Shown here one piece after another: positions 11,425 to 25,030 of a stretch of DNA of 64,000 nucleotides. The DNA lies in the NCBI RefSeq assembly GCF_006345805.1, contig NC_043015.1:13268001-13332000 (forward strand), given 5' to 3'. A program made the position numbers and the translations under genes. Source of the stretch: Octopus sinensis. Taxonomy: Eukaryota. The first letter of the stretch is position 1. Each line of letters begins with the position of its first letter. A model generated the notes under the pieces. That model was given only the letters and a program-made list of their open reading frames with translations. It had not been told where the DNA came from and ran no database searches.

Positions 11425-14400
11425 CAAGTACCAGTGAAACACTGGAGTCGATGTAATCTTGAAAACCATATTTCTTTTTTAAAAAAGAAACTATGGAATT
11501 AAAAAATGCACAAAACTTATGGTTTTTATGTATGAGTCTCTCCACAAAATAATGAAAACTTTCAGCAGACAAATTCCTTTTAGGGCGAAAATGACAGAAA
11601 ATGCGTAAAACTTACGAAGATATTAAACTCCGTTATGAGGACAATGTGGTAACAACAATAACAATAATTTAGAAGTATAGATGAAGAGAAGCACTGTAGT
11701 TTGAAATTGAAACCGGGGCGCTGATTTGGTTCTCCAAGAACTTATCTCTATATACAAGAATACTCAAATATAGATTTACTCACTATGTAGAATTGAGTAT
11801 AAAGCTATAGATTTGTAATGGCGGTTATAGGATAGAATAAGGTTACTATGTGTAATTATTTCCCTTGATTTCTGCTCGAAACCCCTTTACATACATCCGT
11901 ATACCGAATATATATACTGGGATTTTAAGCGGGAATCAAAATGGTGCCACAGGTCCTGCTTGCCAAGACATTATTTCTCGACACAGAGCTGGTTATATTG
12001 CAGCAATGTCAGTTTCTTTTATCTTTGTTATAGAATTCTTCATACGTTTTCCACGAGTATTTACCTAGAATCAAATTATTTACTGAACGATAACGGAAAT
12101 TAAATAGTTTTAACTGAAAATTGAAATTGTTTTGTTCGAATGCCTTCTTCTGACTGTATAATACTAACTGAAATATTAGTCAGTGTTGGCTAGTATCAGT
12201 GTTAACTTGCGTATTTCCTGGGGTGTTTATTACTAATTTGCAATGTTAAATCTTGAGATAAACATCTCAGAAATGCATCCCGTATTTTCAATTTTTTAAT
12301 CTTTTTAGCTATCTATTGAAACTAAATCGAGCAGATTTTAATTTGTATTTTGGGCAACTTGTCAATAAATTTAGAGCTTCAGTCTGACTAGCTATTATTT
12401 TTTTGTTATTAAATCTGAATATTTTGTCACGATTTCTCTGACAGTCAAATAATCAGATAATTTTTGCCTGTAAAGTTGTGATATTTTGTGTGATATTTGT
12501 GGCTTAATAAAAGTTCAAATATTGTACATGATTGAATAGCGATTTATTTCTTTTCCCATAGACGGTTTGAGAATGAAACAAAGATTTCTGTGAATGACAC
12601 GACTGAAAATTAAATTGACAGAAGCAGAGGTGGGAAAGAGCTTGAAAGAGAAATGTCGAAGAGAGATGAAAATATGAGAATCAACAATATGGTTGAATAA
12701 ACAGAAAAGATTGCTTTGTGTAAGAAAATTTTTTTTTCTGCTGAGATGCAAAAGCCCTATATTTTAAAGAGGAAAAATAGGACGTTGAGACATTCATTCC
12801 TTTCCTAACACTCTAAAAGAACTACTTTACATTAAAAGGCTGACAGAAACCGGATTTCGGATTTGACTCATCTGTAGAATATCCCTGCACTCGTCGTGAA
12901 AAAGAATATTACTTTCGAGTTGAAGCTGAAGAAAGAAATAAGAATAAAAAGTTGAAAGGTGAAGAAATAAGTATAAGGATGATATAGAGAAAGAGGTAGT
13001 TAAATGAATATAAGGCTCGATGAAGAAAGAGAAAATGAGAAGGAGAGAGAAATTAACATCTTCTAGTCGCACCTTCAAGTGGCCCAACAGATGCTTCAGC
13101 TATGGGGCTTCTGATATTCTTATCTCCAAGGCTATAGGAAACCTTAACTCAGCTTTGTTACATAACAACTATCAACCAGACAGTTCAGTTGTGATCTCCA
13201 TCAACAAACGATAATGATTTCTGACAGTCATGAATAAATTAATATTCCATGAAGTATGCAGCAAATACGATAGAATAAGAAGCACTCGGCAAGTTGAGCC
13301 GTCGACCATTTCCTTTCAATTAACATCACTACAGTTCTTGATCATTAGATCTCATTTCTCCTTTTCTTGAAACATACTTAGTCAAAAGATACCAAGATTA
13401 AATTAATCGGAATGTTATAGAAAGAAGTGGAAATAGAAAAGATTAAAAGAAACCAGGAGAGGAAGAAATAGTAAATAACAGATGTGATTTAAGTCTCACA
13501 AGTGTGAGATTCCTTGCGTTTGTATGTTTTCTTTTTCCAGCTAGAGATGTTTTATAAGAAGCTGTTTTAAAAGTAAGATTTCAAAATTCTAATTAAGTCG
13601 TAAGATATTTGTCTTGTACAAATGCGAGATATACAGAATATTATAGTTGAAATATGGAAATCTTATCCTTGAGCAATACCAGGAATATAAATGTGTGTTC
13701 GAGTGAAAAGTTCAATGATGTTATTGTATTTCATTTCAAAGAAACGAAAAGTGCACCTAAATGTTCGAATAAGTACAGATAATTGATGGACTATTTAGTC
13801 GATTTTTTTTTTCATGAAGATGAAAAAGGCAAGAGATTATCAAAATGGACAAGAGAAAATGTGTATGTTGGTTGTATTTTGACTTGTCCATTAAAGTTAT
13901 TGAATCAACGAAAGCTGAGTACACATGTACTATTATTGTTATGCCGTTCTTGACAAGCAAGTTTTAATAGGAACCAGATTATATCATATTATATTTACTA
14001 CTTCATTAAGCAAAATAATGACTAGCAGAAACAACACCCTCCGGACGGTTTTCTGTTAGTCAATATATATGCATATATATTCATATATATGTATATACAT
14101 ATATATTTAAATATGTATGTATATTATTTATTTATTTATATTTATATATATATATATATTCATATATATTTATATTTATATTTATATATAGTCATATAAA
14201 TACATATATATATACATATATATATGTACATATATATACATATACATGAATATATATACATATATATGTATATATATTCATATATATACATACATATACA
14301 TACATACATATATACATATATACATACATATACATAATTACATATATATATATATATAAATACACACAGACATACATATACCTATGCATATATATATATT

Positions 14401-14484
14401 CATATACATACACACACATATACATGCATATATATACACATACATATACATATATACACACATATGTATACATATATCTTTTAT

Positions 14485-14876
14485 ATTTTACTTGTTTCAG
14501 TTATTAGACTGCAGCCATGCTGGGGTGCCGCCTTGAATTTTTAGTCGAATGAATAGACCCAAGTACTTATTTTTTAAAGCCTGGTACTTATTCTATCGGT
14601 CACTTTTGCCGAACCGCAAGCTTACAGGGACATAAGCACACCAACACCGGTTGTCAAGCGGGAATGGGGTGACAAACACCGACACAAAGATACACACACA
14701 GACATGTATATACGACAGGCTTCTTTCAGTTTCCGTCTACTAAATCCATTCACAAGACTTTGGTCGGCTTGAGGCTACAGAAGAGGACACTTGCCGAAGG
14801 TGCCACGCAGTAGGACTGAACCCGGAATCATGTGGTGAGGAAGCAAGCCTTTTACCACACAGTCACTCTTACGCCT

Positions 14877-14878
<2 letters not shown>
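14485..14878 (-). mobile_element. SINE family B copy
   Basis: Reverse complement of the 5446-5815 architecture. Confidence 0.88.
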
Positions 14879-14935
<57 letters not shown>

Positions 14936-14944
14936 GCAGAGCTG

Positions 14945-15506
14945 AGACCGCCTTCGGTCATGACTGACCATGTGATTGCACCTAGAAAGTTACCCTCCCA
15001 GGCACAAGTCCGGGCAAGGTTGTTTATGGAAGACCAGCTGTCGCCTATGCATACCGGCCTCCTGTCTCCACTCCACCAGTGTTATCTACACCTGGACGTA
15101 GAATATGCATGTATTTATTTCTGTGTGTGTGTGTGTGTGTGTGTGTATGGCTCAGTGGTTAGGGCGTCGAGCTTACGATCGTGAGGTTGTGAGTTCGAAT
15201 CCCGGACCGGACTGCATGTTGCGTTCTTGAGCAAGGCACTTTATTTCACGTTACTCCAGTTCAATCAGCTGTAGAAATGAGCTGCTACGTCTAGGTGCCA
15301 AGCTGTATCGGCCTTTCCCTTGAATAACACTGGTGGCGTGGAGACTGGAGGCTGGTATGCGTGGGTGACTGCGACTCATTTCTACGGCTGAGTGAACTGG
15401 AGCAACGTGAAATAAAGTGCCTTGCTCAAGAACGCAACACGCAGTCCGGTCTGTGATTCGAACTCACAACCTCAAGATCGTAAGCTCGACGCCCTAACCA
15501 CTGAGC

Positions 15507-15508
<2 letters not shown>
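14945..15508. mobile_element. SINE family C cluster: minus tail (14945-15098), plus copy (15147-15372), minus head (15373-15508)
   Basis: tRNA-like head tggctcagtggttagggcgtcgag...gagttcgaatccc (A and B boxes) present on both strands. Confidence 0.85.
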
Positions 15509-15553
<45 letters not shown>

Positions 15554-15814
15554 TTTGTATCTTTGTGATTACGTTTTCCAGTGTATCCTTTTCTAATTTT
15601 AGACGGCAACGCGTGATTCAGGGGCAATTTGCTGCTATATCTAGTAGATCACGCGCCCACTCAGAAATCTGTTCAGCTCCAAGTACACTTTGGCGTTGTC
15701 ATATAGTCTAAGATCCATTTTAGTCGAAAATCTATGATAACTTGTTTCATTCATGACAAACCTGACATTTGTATATTACCAATACAAGTGTTCCCCATCG
15801 ACTTGTTCCTCATA

Positions 15815-16445
15815 AGTGTTCTTCATAACTTCAAGAAAAATTGATATCTTTTAATGAAATTTTCTAAAAATACCTTTCAAATGATGTAGATTACTGTTAT
15901 ATAGGAATCTCTTGTGAAAAAATATTCCGATGGTGGGGTGAGAAGTTTCGTTAAATTCACACGAGTCTGCTTTATTTAATCATAACTTTCAGAAAAATGG
16001 GTATTTTTTAATGAAATTTTCTATAAATAACTTTAAGAGTGTGTACGTTGCGATTATATCGGAATTCGATATGAAAAAAATTGATGAGCTCACACACATT
16101 CATATTGACAAACATTTACAAAATAAAACTTGAAATTTCTAAAAAAAATGTGATGTGTGTCAGCATGTGTGTGTGTACGTGACCATTAAATTCCGATATA
16201 ATTGTAATCTACACCATCTGAAAGGTATTTGCAGAAAATTTCATTAGAAAATTTCCGTTTTCTGAAAGTTATGAGGAAACAAAGCCGACTCGAGTAAATT
16301 TTCCAAAACTCCTCTCCACACCCTCAGAAAAAGATTTTCACCCGCTAAAAATTCCTATATAATAATAATCTGTCCCATCCGAAGCGTGTTTGTAGAAAAT
16401 TTCATTGAAAAATATCCATTTTTCTGGAAGTTATGAGGAAACAAA
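15815..16445. mobile_element. Foldback-type MITE with about 250-bp inverted arms, each a dimer of a roughly 150-bp unit
   Basis: cataactt.cagaaaaat...aatgaaattttct..aaata occurs twice on plus (about 15825, 15980) and twice on minus (about 16275, 16435). Confidence 0.7.
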
Positions 16446-17265
16446 CTTGTGTGTAGTGAGGAGCACAATTCTGTAAGTATACCGTATAGTTCAATATGGC
16501 CATTACTTCAGGTTGTAATTTGTGGATCTTGGCTGCTCTTTTATGAGGGTGAACAGCAGCTGAATTGTGCGTGTGTACTAACTAAACCCTGACATGTCTC
16601 ATTGAAAAAATAATTTGGTGGGAAGAGTGTTTGTCAAAACCGGAATACATTTGCTCTGTTATTTATGCAGGCATAAATATTTCAGACAAAACTAAAATAT
16701 ATGAAAGACATGTGTATAATTATATTAAAGCCAAAAGAACGTAATATATTTTAAATTACTTTTGACTTGCAGTAAGTTTTCTTCTCTATCCAGCATTTAA
16801 GTTGATTATTTTGGTAAACTTTAAGAACATTTTCTCACATTAATGACAGTATATATATATTGTTTCAAATTTTGGCACAAGGCAAGAAATCTCAGAGGAG
16901 TGGTTCGTCGATTACATTGGTCTCAGATGCTACTCTATTTTATCGATCTAGAAAGTATGAAAGGCAAAGTTGACCTCGATTGAATTTGAATTCAGAACGG
17001 AAAGAGGTGGAAGAAATGTTAAGCATTGTGTTCGGTGCGCTAAAGATTCTCCCTGCTTACAACAAATATCTATTACTATAAATTATGTTGTTCATAGAAA
17101 CCAAGATCTTAGGATATCAATCTAATGCTTTACCATTTAAGCATATTAGACTGAAGATCTAAAGGAACTTGTTGATGAGATTTTGTTTTGTGCTTCAAAT
17201 TATTACTAATAAAAATTTCTACAGTTTTACTTTATAAGTGAGGTTGATAAATGGGCAAGTTTCGA

Positions 17266-17266
<1 letters not shown>

Positions 17267-17301
<35 letters not shown>

Positions 17302-17351
17302 GTCTATCTATCTATCTATCTATCTATCTGTTTATCTATCTATCTATCTGT

Positions 17352-17385
<34 letters not shown>

Positions 17386-17430
17386 GTTATCTATCTATCT
17401 ATCTATCTACCTACCTACCTACCTACCTAC

Positions 17431-17497
<67 letters not shown>

Positions 17498-17510
17498 CCT
17501 ACCTACCTAC

Positions 17511-17576
<66 letters not shown>
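17267..17576. repeat. (TATC)n/(TACC)n tetranucleotide array
   Basis: Direct reading; further (GATA/TATC)n arrays at about 28735-28815, 29475-29530 and 59381-59510. Confidence 0.95.
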
Positions 17577-17577
<1 letters not shown>

Positions 17578-17765
17578 GGCGTGGTTGTGCGCTATAAAGT
17601 TTGCTTCTCAACCATATGGTCCCAGATTCAGACCCACTGTATGGTACTTAGGGCAAGTGCCTTCTACTATAGCCGCGGGTCGACCAAAACCTTGCGAGTG
17701 GATTTGATAGACGAAAACTGAAAGAAGCCCATCGTATATAAATATATATATATATATGTGTGTGT

Positions 17766-17809
<44 letters not shown>

Positions 17810-17910
17810 CTGTCTGTCCCTCATTTTCGCTTGAAAACCAGTGGTGGTGTGTGTATGTGCCCGTAACGTAGCTGTTCGGCAAAAGTCACCGATAGGATAA
17901 GTACCGAGCT
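17577..17910 (+). mobile_element. SINE family B copy, 3' truncated in (TA)n
   Basis: gggcaagtgccttctactatagcc...agacgaaaactgaaagaagccc. Confidence 0.85.
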
Positions 17911-17996
<86 letters not shown>

Positions 17997-19039
17997 ATAA
18001 TCATAATGGTAATTAAATTGTTTGGATTGTTTTAGTTTTCTGAGTTTTAAGACAAGGTATCCTAAATTTAACCAGCATCGAATTCACGATGCGTTTTCGA
18101 TTCCCAGTCGAAAACAATTCATTTTATCCTACGCCAATGACAAAGAGCTCTGTCACGCTTCTAATCCTTAACAAAAATCCTCGGTATGTTAACAGTTAAC
18201 AAATACTGATTGTTAAGACCTCTGGATTTATTTCTAGGAATATCTGCACCACCTCAAATCGATATGTTTCCTAGGCAAGTTTCTTGAATAAATGATCATA
18301 TATTGTTCTTGCTTTCTCAGTGAACGGATACATTATAGGAAACAATATATCATTCATGCCTCTCACATTGACGTTATTCATTAGTTTGATAACATAATAT
18401 ATTTGTGCTAAATGTAGAATCTGACGACAGCAGGCTGCTATTGATTAATATAATTTTACAAGTAGTATAAATGAAACGTACTAATCATATTTAATGATTG
18501 TGCACAATGTTTATTTTGTAAGGGTGGTAGCGTGTTCTATTGCAACGCCTCAGTATACACCTGTTACTTATTTTCAGGGATGATGAAAGGACCATCGATT
18601 CCTACAACATTGTAATATTTATGTAAAGAAACGATACTAAACACTGCAAAACAAGTTAGTGGCATAACCGTTGAAGGAGGGGGGGGCTTTATTAGTCATA
18701 CTACTCTATCAACTTTGCTTTGACTGAATGTTAATTAATGAATATTTCGATCGAAAGGAAGTTGATATTTGAAATAACAATGAAACTTAATTTCAATCTT
18801 CTGTTGTCTTTCTACATATTTTATTTTCTGCATCCGTCCCGGCATGTGTGCACAATCTGTAATTTCCTTCAATTCAACTAGTGGATTTATACATTTCCTA
18901 CAGAATTCGATGTTTTATAATCTCAGTTTCTTGAATTTAGCACAAAGAAATATGACACCACATAATAGCATGAATCGACCGAACAAAGACAAGAAATATT
19001 GGCAGACGTTATTATTTGAAAAAAGCAGACGACAGTATT

Positions 19040-19078
19040 AACTTCCGGAACCCACAATAAAATGTCGTGACGTAAATT
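19040..19078. promoter_or_regulatory. Candidate regulatory element: ETS motif ACTTCCGG plus ATF/CREB-like GTGACGTAA
   Basis: Both motifs lie within about 35 bp of non-repeat sequence; no transcript evidence. Confidence 0.25.
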
Positions 19079-19392
19079 CAAGTTATTTATTGTTTATTAA
19101 TATTACTGCTTCAGTTTATTTAAATATGAAGCAAAGTATTGCAACGGAGAAGTGATGAGAATATTTTGTTGATTTGCGGATAAGGTTTCAGTTATTGCAT
19201 ATGTTTACTGAATGTTATTATATTCTGATTATCCTGTTATTGGTTTCTCGTAGCTTATTATTTGACAGTCGATGAGCTATGCTCACGACAGCTAAGACTG
19301 CGATGCGGTTTCAACTCCCTTTGTAACCATTTTGAGAAGACATGAAAGTCACAAAATTCCATATTTCTTCGTATTTATTATTGTTATCGTTA

Positions 19393-20030
19393 GGGTGACG
19401 AGATGGCTGAACCGTTAGCGAGTTGGACTAAATACTTAGTGGTATTTCTTCTGGTTCTTTACGACCTGAGTTCAAATTTCGTCGAGGTAGATTTTACCTT
19501 TCATCGTCTCGGGGTCGATAAAATAAATACCAGTCAAGTACTGGGATCGATGTAATCGATTTAACCACCCTCACCGAAAAATTTCAGGCTTTGTGCATAT
19601 GGTAGGAAGGATTGAAGGTTGCGAGCTGACATAATCGTTAACGGGTCAGGCAAAATACTTAGCAATATTTCATCCGACCCTTTATGTTCTGAGTGGTCGA
19701 CTTTGTCCTTCACCATTTCGGGGTCGATATAATCGATATGCCCACCCCTCTTAAAATTGCTGGCTTTGTGCCAAAATTTGAAATCATTATTTTTGCTGCT
19801 GTTGCAAAGGCTGCAAATAGGCAGAGTCATTAGAGCGTCGTATGGAGTGTTTTGCGAAATTCGTTCCAATACTCTGAGCTCCAAATTAAAATCATGACAA
19901 GTTAATTCCGCTTGTTATTCTCTCAGAGCTGAAAAAAATAATCTTCTAGTCAAGTAATGAAGTCGATGTAATCTACTTGTCCCCTCCCCAGGAATTGCTG
20001 GCCTTGTACCAAAATTTGCAATCATCGTTA
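19393..20030 (+). mobile_element. Train of three head-to-tail SINE A copies (about 19393-19612, 19618-19790, 19810-20030)
   Basis: Three successive head / gagttcaaat / central domain / ggc(c)ttgtgccaaaatttg tail units. Confidence 0.8.
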
Positions 20031-20390
20031 TTGTTGTATCAACAGTAGGAGATTTGGCAGAAAGAGTAAATGGCTAGACAATGATTTTTCAAAGGGAAAC
20101 GATCCACATACTAAAACATCTCTACACTCAACATGAGATTTATGTCTTTACATTTTATTTTTGATGATAATACTTCAAATTGTTTTACACATTATTTATC
20201 TAACCTTTTTGTCGTTTCATTTATAAATTTTATATCATAAAGGTTTACGGGTCTTGTTTCTATTCAGTTTCCTCAAGCCGCCATATATTGATATATTTAT
20301 CTCTATGTAGAAGGCAAAAAAGAAAGTCAGTAGAACACTGAACTAAATATTGAATAAATGCATTTTCCGTGGCGAGACGAGAATTCTTAC

Positions 20391-20605
20391 AGTTCCAACT
20401 CTTTCACATCATGGTACACAAACTTCTCCAAATTCATGAGCGATTTTGCTTGATTTAATTCAGTGATCGATCAAATCAGTTATGTGTTGCGATTGTTCCA
20501 TACACTTACGTTTCTCTATTACATATTTGTGGTCTACTGGCAACACAGGAGATGAATATTTATAAGATGAAGAGAAAGGAGGTAACAGAAGAATTATCAT
20601 TGTGC
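20391..20605 (-). CDS. Speculative pair of coding exons (20605-20510 and 20448-20391), product unknown
   Basis: Donors GTAAGT and GTAAGA; phases compatible; joined frame TMIILLLPPFSSSYKYSSPVLPVDHKYVIEKPKSLMNLEKFVYHDVKELE is open. Acceptors are weak, the intron is only 61 nt, and the protein is not recognised. Confidence 0.2.
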
Positions 20606-23349
20606 CTATTCATATAAAATCATTAACAGTATGATTGAATTGTTATTTATTCCATCATAAATACCTGCTCTATGCTAGTTCCTATGTGGAATATAGCTTA
20701 GAAAACAAAATTAATTTAGATTTAAAAAACACAGCAGTGTATTTTCATTTTTTCATGTCAGTAAAAGTAGTTCGAGAGTCAAAAGCATTTAAAAAAAACA
20801 TATAAAGCTAAACTGACAGTATTCAAATTACGTTTTCATTAAATTCCTTTTCTAACATGTCTATGGTTGGGAACATTATTTTGAAAATAAGCAGAAAACA
20901 GTAATATAAATATTTCTTTCAAATTTTAGTACATGACCAGTAATTTTAAGAGGAAGAGTAAAATAAATTACATTAATCCCCAGTGTTCAACTAGTACTTA
21001 TTAAATCGATTCCGAGAGGATGAAAAGTAAAGTCGACCATGACAGGCTAAAGAGCTGGATGAAATATCGTTGAACAATGGTAACGATTCTGCCAGCTCAC
21101 TATGCCTTATTTGCTTCACGCTATAAATTTAAGTCCTTGCTTGAAATAAAGAAAATTAGTGCTTACTCCAAATACATTTCGCTTTGGATAGTTGTTAATT
21201 AACTGTTAAACACACCACGAATTCTTTGAAACCGTAGTGTTACAATAGCCTCTCACGTTTGCTACGACCGAATTTTAAACACCCATCAATTTCTGTCTGC
21301 CAAACTGTATATTACCAGCTTTGACACATCACACGAGTTTCAGGTTTTAAACTCTGTGGAAGAAATGAATGAAAGACAAAATTTATTCAAGTGGCATTTG
21401 AACTTGGAACAATGGTTAAAAAGATAACACTAAAGTATCCTGTCTCGTCTAGCTCCAATGTCACTTGAGTATGTGGATGATAATACCCTCATTTCTAAAG
21501 TACAAACTTAAAAGATTTGCAGATAAGATAAATTCTAACTTCATTGAAGCAACTATCTAGGTTTAGTTAATTAGTTACGTCAGACTGCTTGAGGAGCCCG
21601 AATCCAGGTTTCTAGGATCTCAGCCCGTAACTTGACCTTGGGCTCAAGATTAGTAATATTAAACTGATTCAAAATAAAAGTAATCGATGAATTTAGCTTA
21701 ACCTCAGAAAGGTTTTTAGCGTGAGACTCGAATTACAAATGTATAAGAACTTACGTGGACGCATCTATACAAAAATAAAAGAACTTTTACTTTCATAAGT
21801 TTAAAGGTACGAAACTTATACTAAATTGATATTTTGGTCTTAAGGTTTGCACAAGTTTTTCATATGGAGTCTTAGAAACTTCAAAGGAATGTTTCAAAAT
21901 TCGATGGGATGAAATTTGACCCTCTAGTAAGGGGTTCTCTCCACGTTGTCTTACAAAAACAAACAATGATTTCAAATTTTAACATAAGGCCAGCAATCTT
22001 AGTGGTTGGGAGAGTAAGTCGATTTCATAAACTTCAGTGCCGAACTTGTATCATTTTATCGTCCCCGAAAGTAGGCAAAAAAAAAAAAAATAAATAAAAC
22101 ATCTGTCGCTGTGAAAGTTGAACTTAAAATGTAAAAAGCCAGAAAGCATTTTAGCCTCACGCTCTAACGATTCTGTCAGCTCACCGCCTTTATAGGAGCT
22201 AACAAAACTTACTGTCAATACCAATTTACAGCTAGATCTATTAACTTGCAGGTGTTAAGTGTCACAGTCTTAGACACAGCGCAACATTAGTGGATGATTG
22301 ATTAATTAATTGATTTATGTTATCATGATAGTTAGGACCCAAGTGATACCAGATTAAGCAGATCATCTATGATCAAAGACATTTCGGCCATAACTATCGC
22401 ATCTTTTAGTCAGGTATAGTGTATCTAGAACCACATTATCCAATGTGACCTTTCCTTATTTAGAGACGACAGGATGTGGTTTGAAGGAAATTCGATTTTT
22501 ATTTGTTGTAGTAGGTCGAGCAACTACGCTGGACGGCCTCACTTTAACTTGTCTGCCATTGTATAAAACTTCAACAGTCTGACATCATATCAACTCTACC
22601 TGCCGTTATATTTCGGTAAATTGATTGACTCACAATTTTTCTGAAAGAGAAATTTCTAAATCATTGTGACATTACATAAACGTATAAGAAGGAGCCTTTA
22701 TGTAGTCAATAAATCGACTAAAAATAGCAGTGAAATATTCCTAATTCACTCTCTGCTGTTTTGAAAAAACCATAGCACATTAATTATAATATTCCTCGAT
22801 AGATTATTTATTAAATAAAAACAGGATAGTCATAGTTGGAACGCTTTTTGATCATAGACCTACTTGATCGGGATTGACCTATTATTAAACATTGACAATA
22901 ATGAAAACTGGCGAAGATGGTAATCAGTAATTTAATTAAAAATATAGTCTCTTGATACGTAATTATACAAACTGCTATCTAAAGTATCAATAAGAGCTTA
23001 TGTCTAAAATCGACCTTTATACACTTCAAATATCAGTTTAATAATTAATTTAGAACAGACTAAGGTCAAATTTTAGCTTTTAATTTCATCGGAATTCTTT
23101 CATAAGTGTTCTTCAATGAGATGTAGTTAAATGAACATACCGGAAAAATTGATTACCTCAAATCATAGTTGGAGAAGCCATGAGGCTATTTTTAGTGATA
23201 GTTTGGGCGAAGGATATGTGTGAATCTTAATAACCACCTGGTTCAATTCTTATCCTAAGCTAGCGAAAAGGGCTTCGTGGACCTACTTTCACAGCAATAC
23301 TGAAAATATGGAGGTATGAGTTCGTAAGGTTTTTTTGTTCATAAATATA

Positions 23350-23600
23350 ACTGGTACTCCGTCTGTTACGACGATCTGTGTTCCAGTTGATTCGATCAAC
23401 CTGCTCGTGAAATTAACGTGCAAAGTGACTGAGTCTCCACAGACGCGTGTTCTCTTAATGTAGTTCTCAGAGATATTCTGCGTGACACAGAATGTGACAA
23501 GGCTGGCCCTTTGAAATAAAGGTACTACTGATTTTTGCCATTTGTGTGAACTGGGACAACGAAAAATAAAGTGTCTTGTACAAGGACAGAACGCGCTATT
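23350..23600 (-). mobile_element. SINE family C copy
   Basis: Matches 24333-24598. Confidence 0.8.
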
Positions 23601-24332
23601 CACGTGCAAGAAATATCAAATGAGTTTTAATCTTGGTGTAGGACTTTTGACCCACCCTAATATATTGCTTAAAGTCAAATCGGTAGGAACAGTCCTGGCA
23701 TGTTTTATGTTATAGTCAGTTTATTTGCTTGCAGTTACTTTCCGTACATTTAGTATTTTGACCATAGAATTATTTGCGTGGTTTTTTTTTCCATGATGAG
23801 ATTTTAATTTACGCAATCTGATGGTTGTTCAATAAGAATAAAACACACACCGAGGAAAGCAACCCGTATAATATCGATCAACGCAACTAAAAATAGATTT
23901 CAGATTGGGTGTGTTCGAGCTTCCATTCCCAGTAACTGTACAAACATTGTTACATCAAAGGCTGAATATAAAGTGACGCAAAGAACTGGGTTTTTGTGAT
24001 GAATGAAATCGGGAGGGAAGTCTAATAAGGAGATAACTCGGAGAAATAAGGGCGTTAGTTTAATTCCTCTATACAAGAAAAAAAATTAATGGCGTCTAAT
24101 TTAACAAGATCGTTTATCGATAATTTTGGTTGAGTAATTATCGGCGTCCATTTGTCATTATAGTCGATTTAGAAATAATTTGTTCTTTATACATACATAC
24201 ATACATACATACATACATACATACATGCATGCATGCATGCATACATACATACATACATACATACATACATACATACATACATACATACATACATACATAC
24301 ACGCAAACACATATATATATCATAATTGGCAA

Positions 24333-24598
24333 TCTGTCGGTTACGACTACTAATGTTCCAGTTGATCCAATCAACGGAAAAGCCTGCTCGTGAAATTAAC
24401 GTACAAGGAGCGGAGTACTCCACAGACACACGCACCCTTAACGTAGTTCTCGGGGAGATTCAGCGCGACACAAAATGTGACAAGGCTGGCCCTTTGAAAT
24501 ACAGGTACAACTCATTTTCGCCAGCTGAGTAGACGGGAGCAACATTAAATAAAGTGTTTTGCTCGAGGACACCACGCGTCGTCAGGAATTGAACTCAG
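24333..24598 (-). mobile_element. SINE family C copy
   Basis: Minus strand gagttcaattcc...gtcctcgagcaaaacactttattt...gagttgtacctgtatttcaaagggccagcc. Confidence 0.85.
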
Positions 24599-24801
24599 TT
24601 ATTGATGCCACTTATTCGATCAGATCGACCTTCCTATTTCTTTTAAGTCCTTAATCCTGGTATTTACCTGTTTGCTTTTACCTAAGTGCTAAGTTGCGGG
24701 GAAATGCACAAACCTGTACATTCCCCGACCATACACGCGCTTTACACCGACTAAATACACTCAGAAAGCATTGGTCGGCTCGTAGCTATAGTATAACTGT
24801 T

Positions 24802-25030
24802 TCTTTACTACCCACAAGGGGCTAAACACAGAGGGGACAAACAAGGACAGACAAACAGATTAAGTCGATTACATCGATTCCAGTGCGTAACTGGTACTTA
24901 ATTTATCGACCCCGAAAGGATGAAAGGCAAAGTCGACCTCGGCGGAATTTGAACTCAGAACGCAACGACAGACGCAATACTGCTAAGCATTTCGCCCGGT
25001 GTGCTAACGTTTCTGCCAGCTCGCCGCCTT
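24802..25030 (-). mobile_element. SINE A, young full-length copy
   Basis: Nearly identical to 54536-54760, 56861-57091 and 60823-61047. Confidence 0.92.

Noticed and set aside
13779-13862. Possible plus-strand exon IIDGLFSRFF..EDEKGKRLSKWTRENV
   Set aside because: Requires a 1-nt deletion in a T10 run to stay open; unsupported without reads.
15147-15225. tRNA-like sequence with A and B boxes (also the heads of families A and B)
   Set aside because: It continues into SINE body sequence and I could not fold a complete cloverleaf; these are SINE heads, not tRNA genes.
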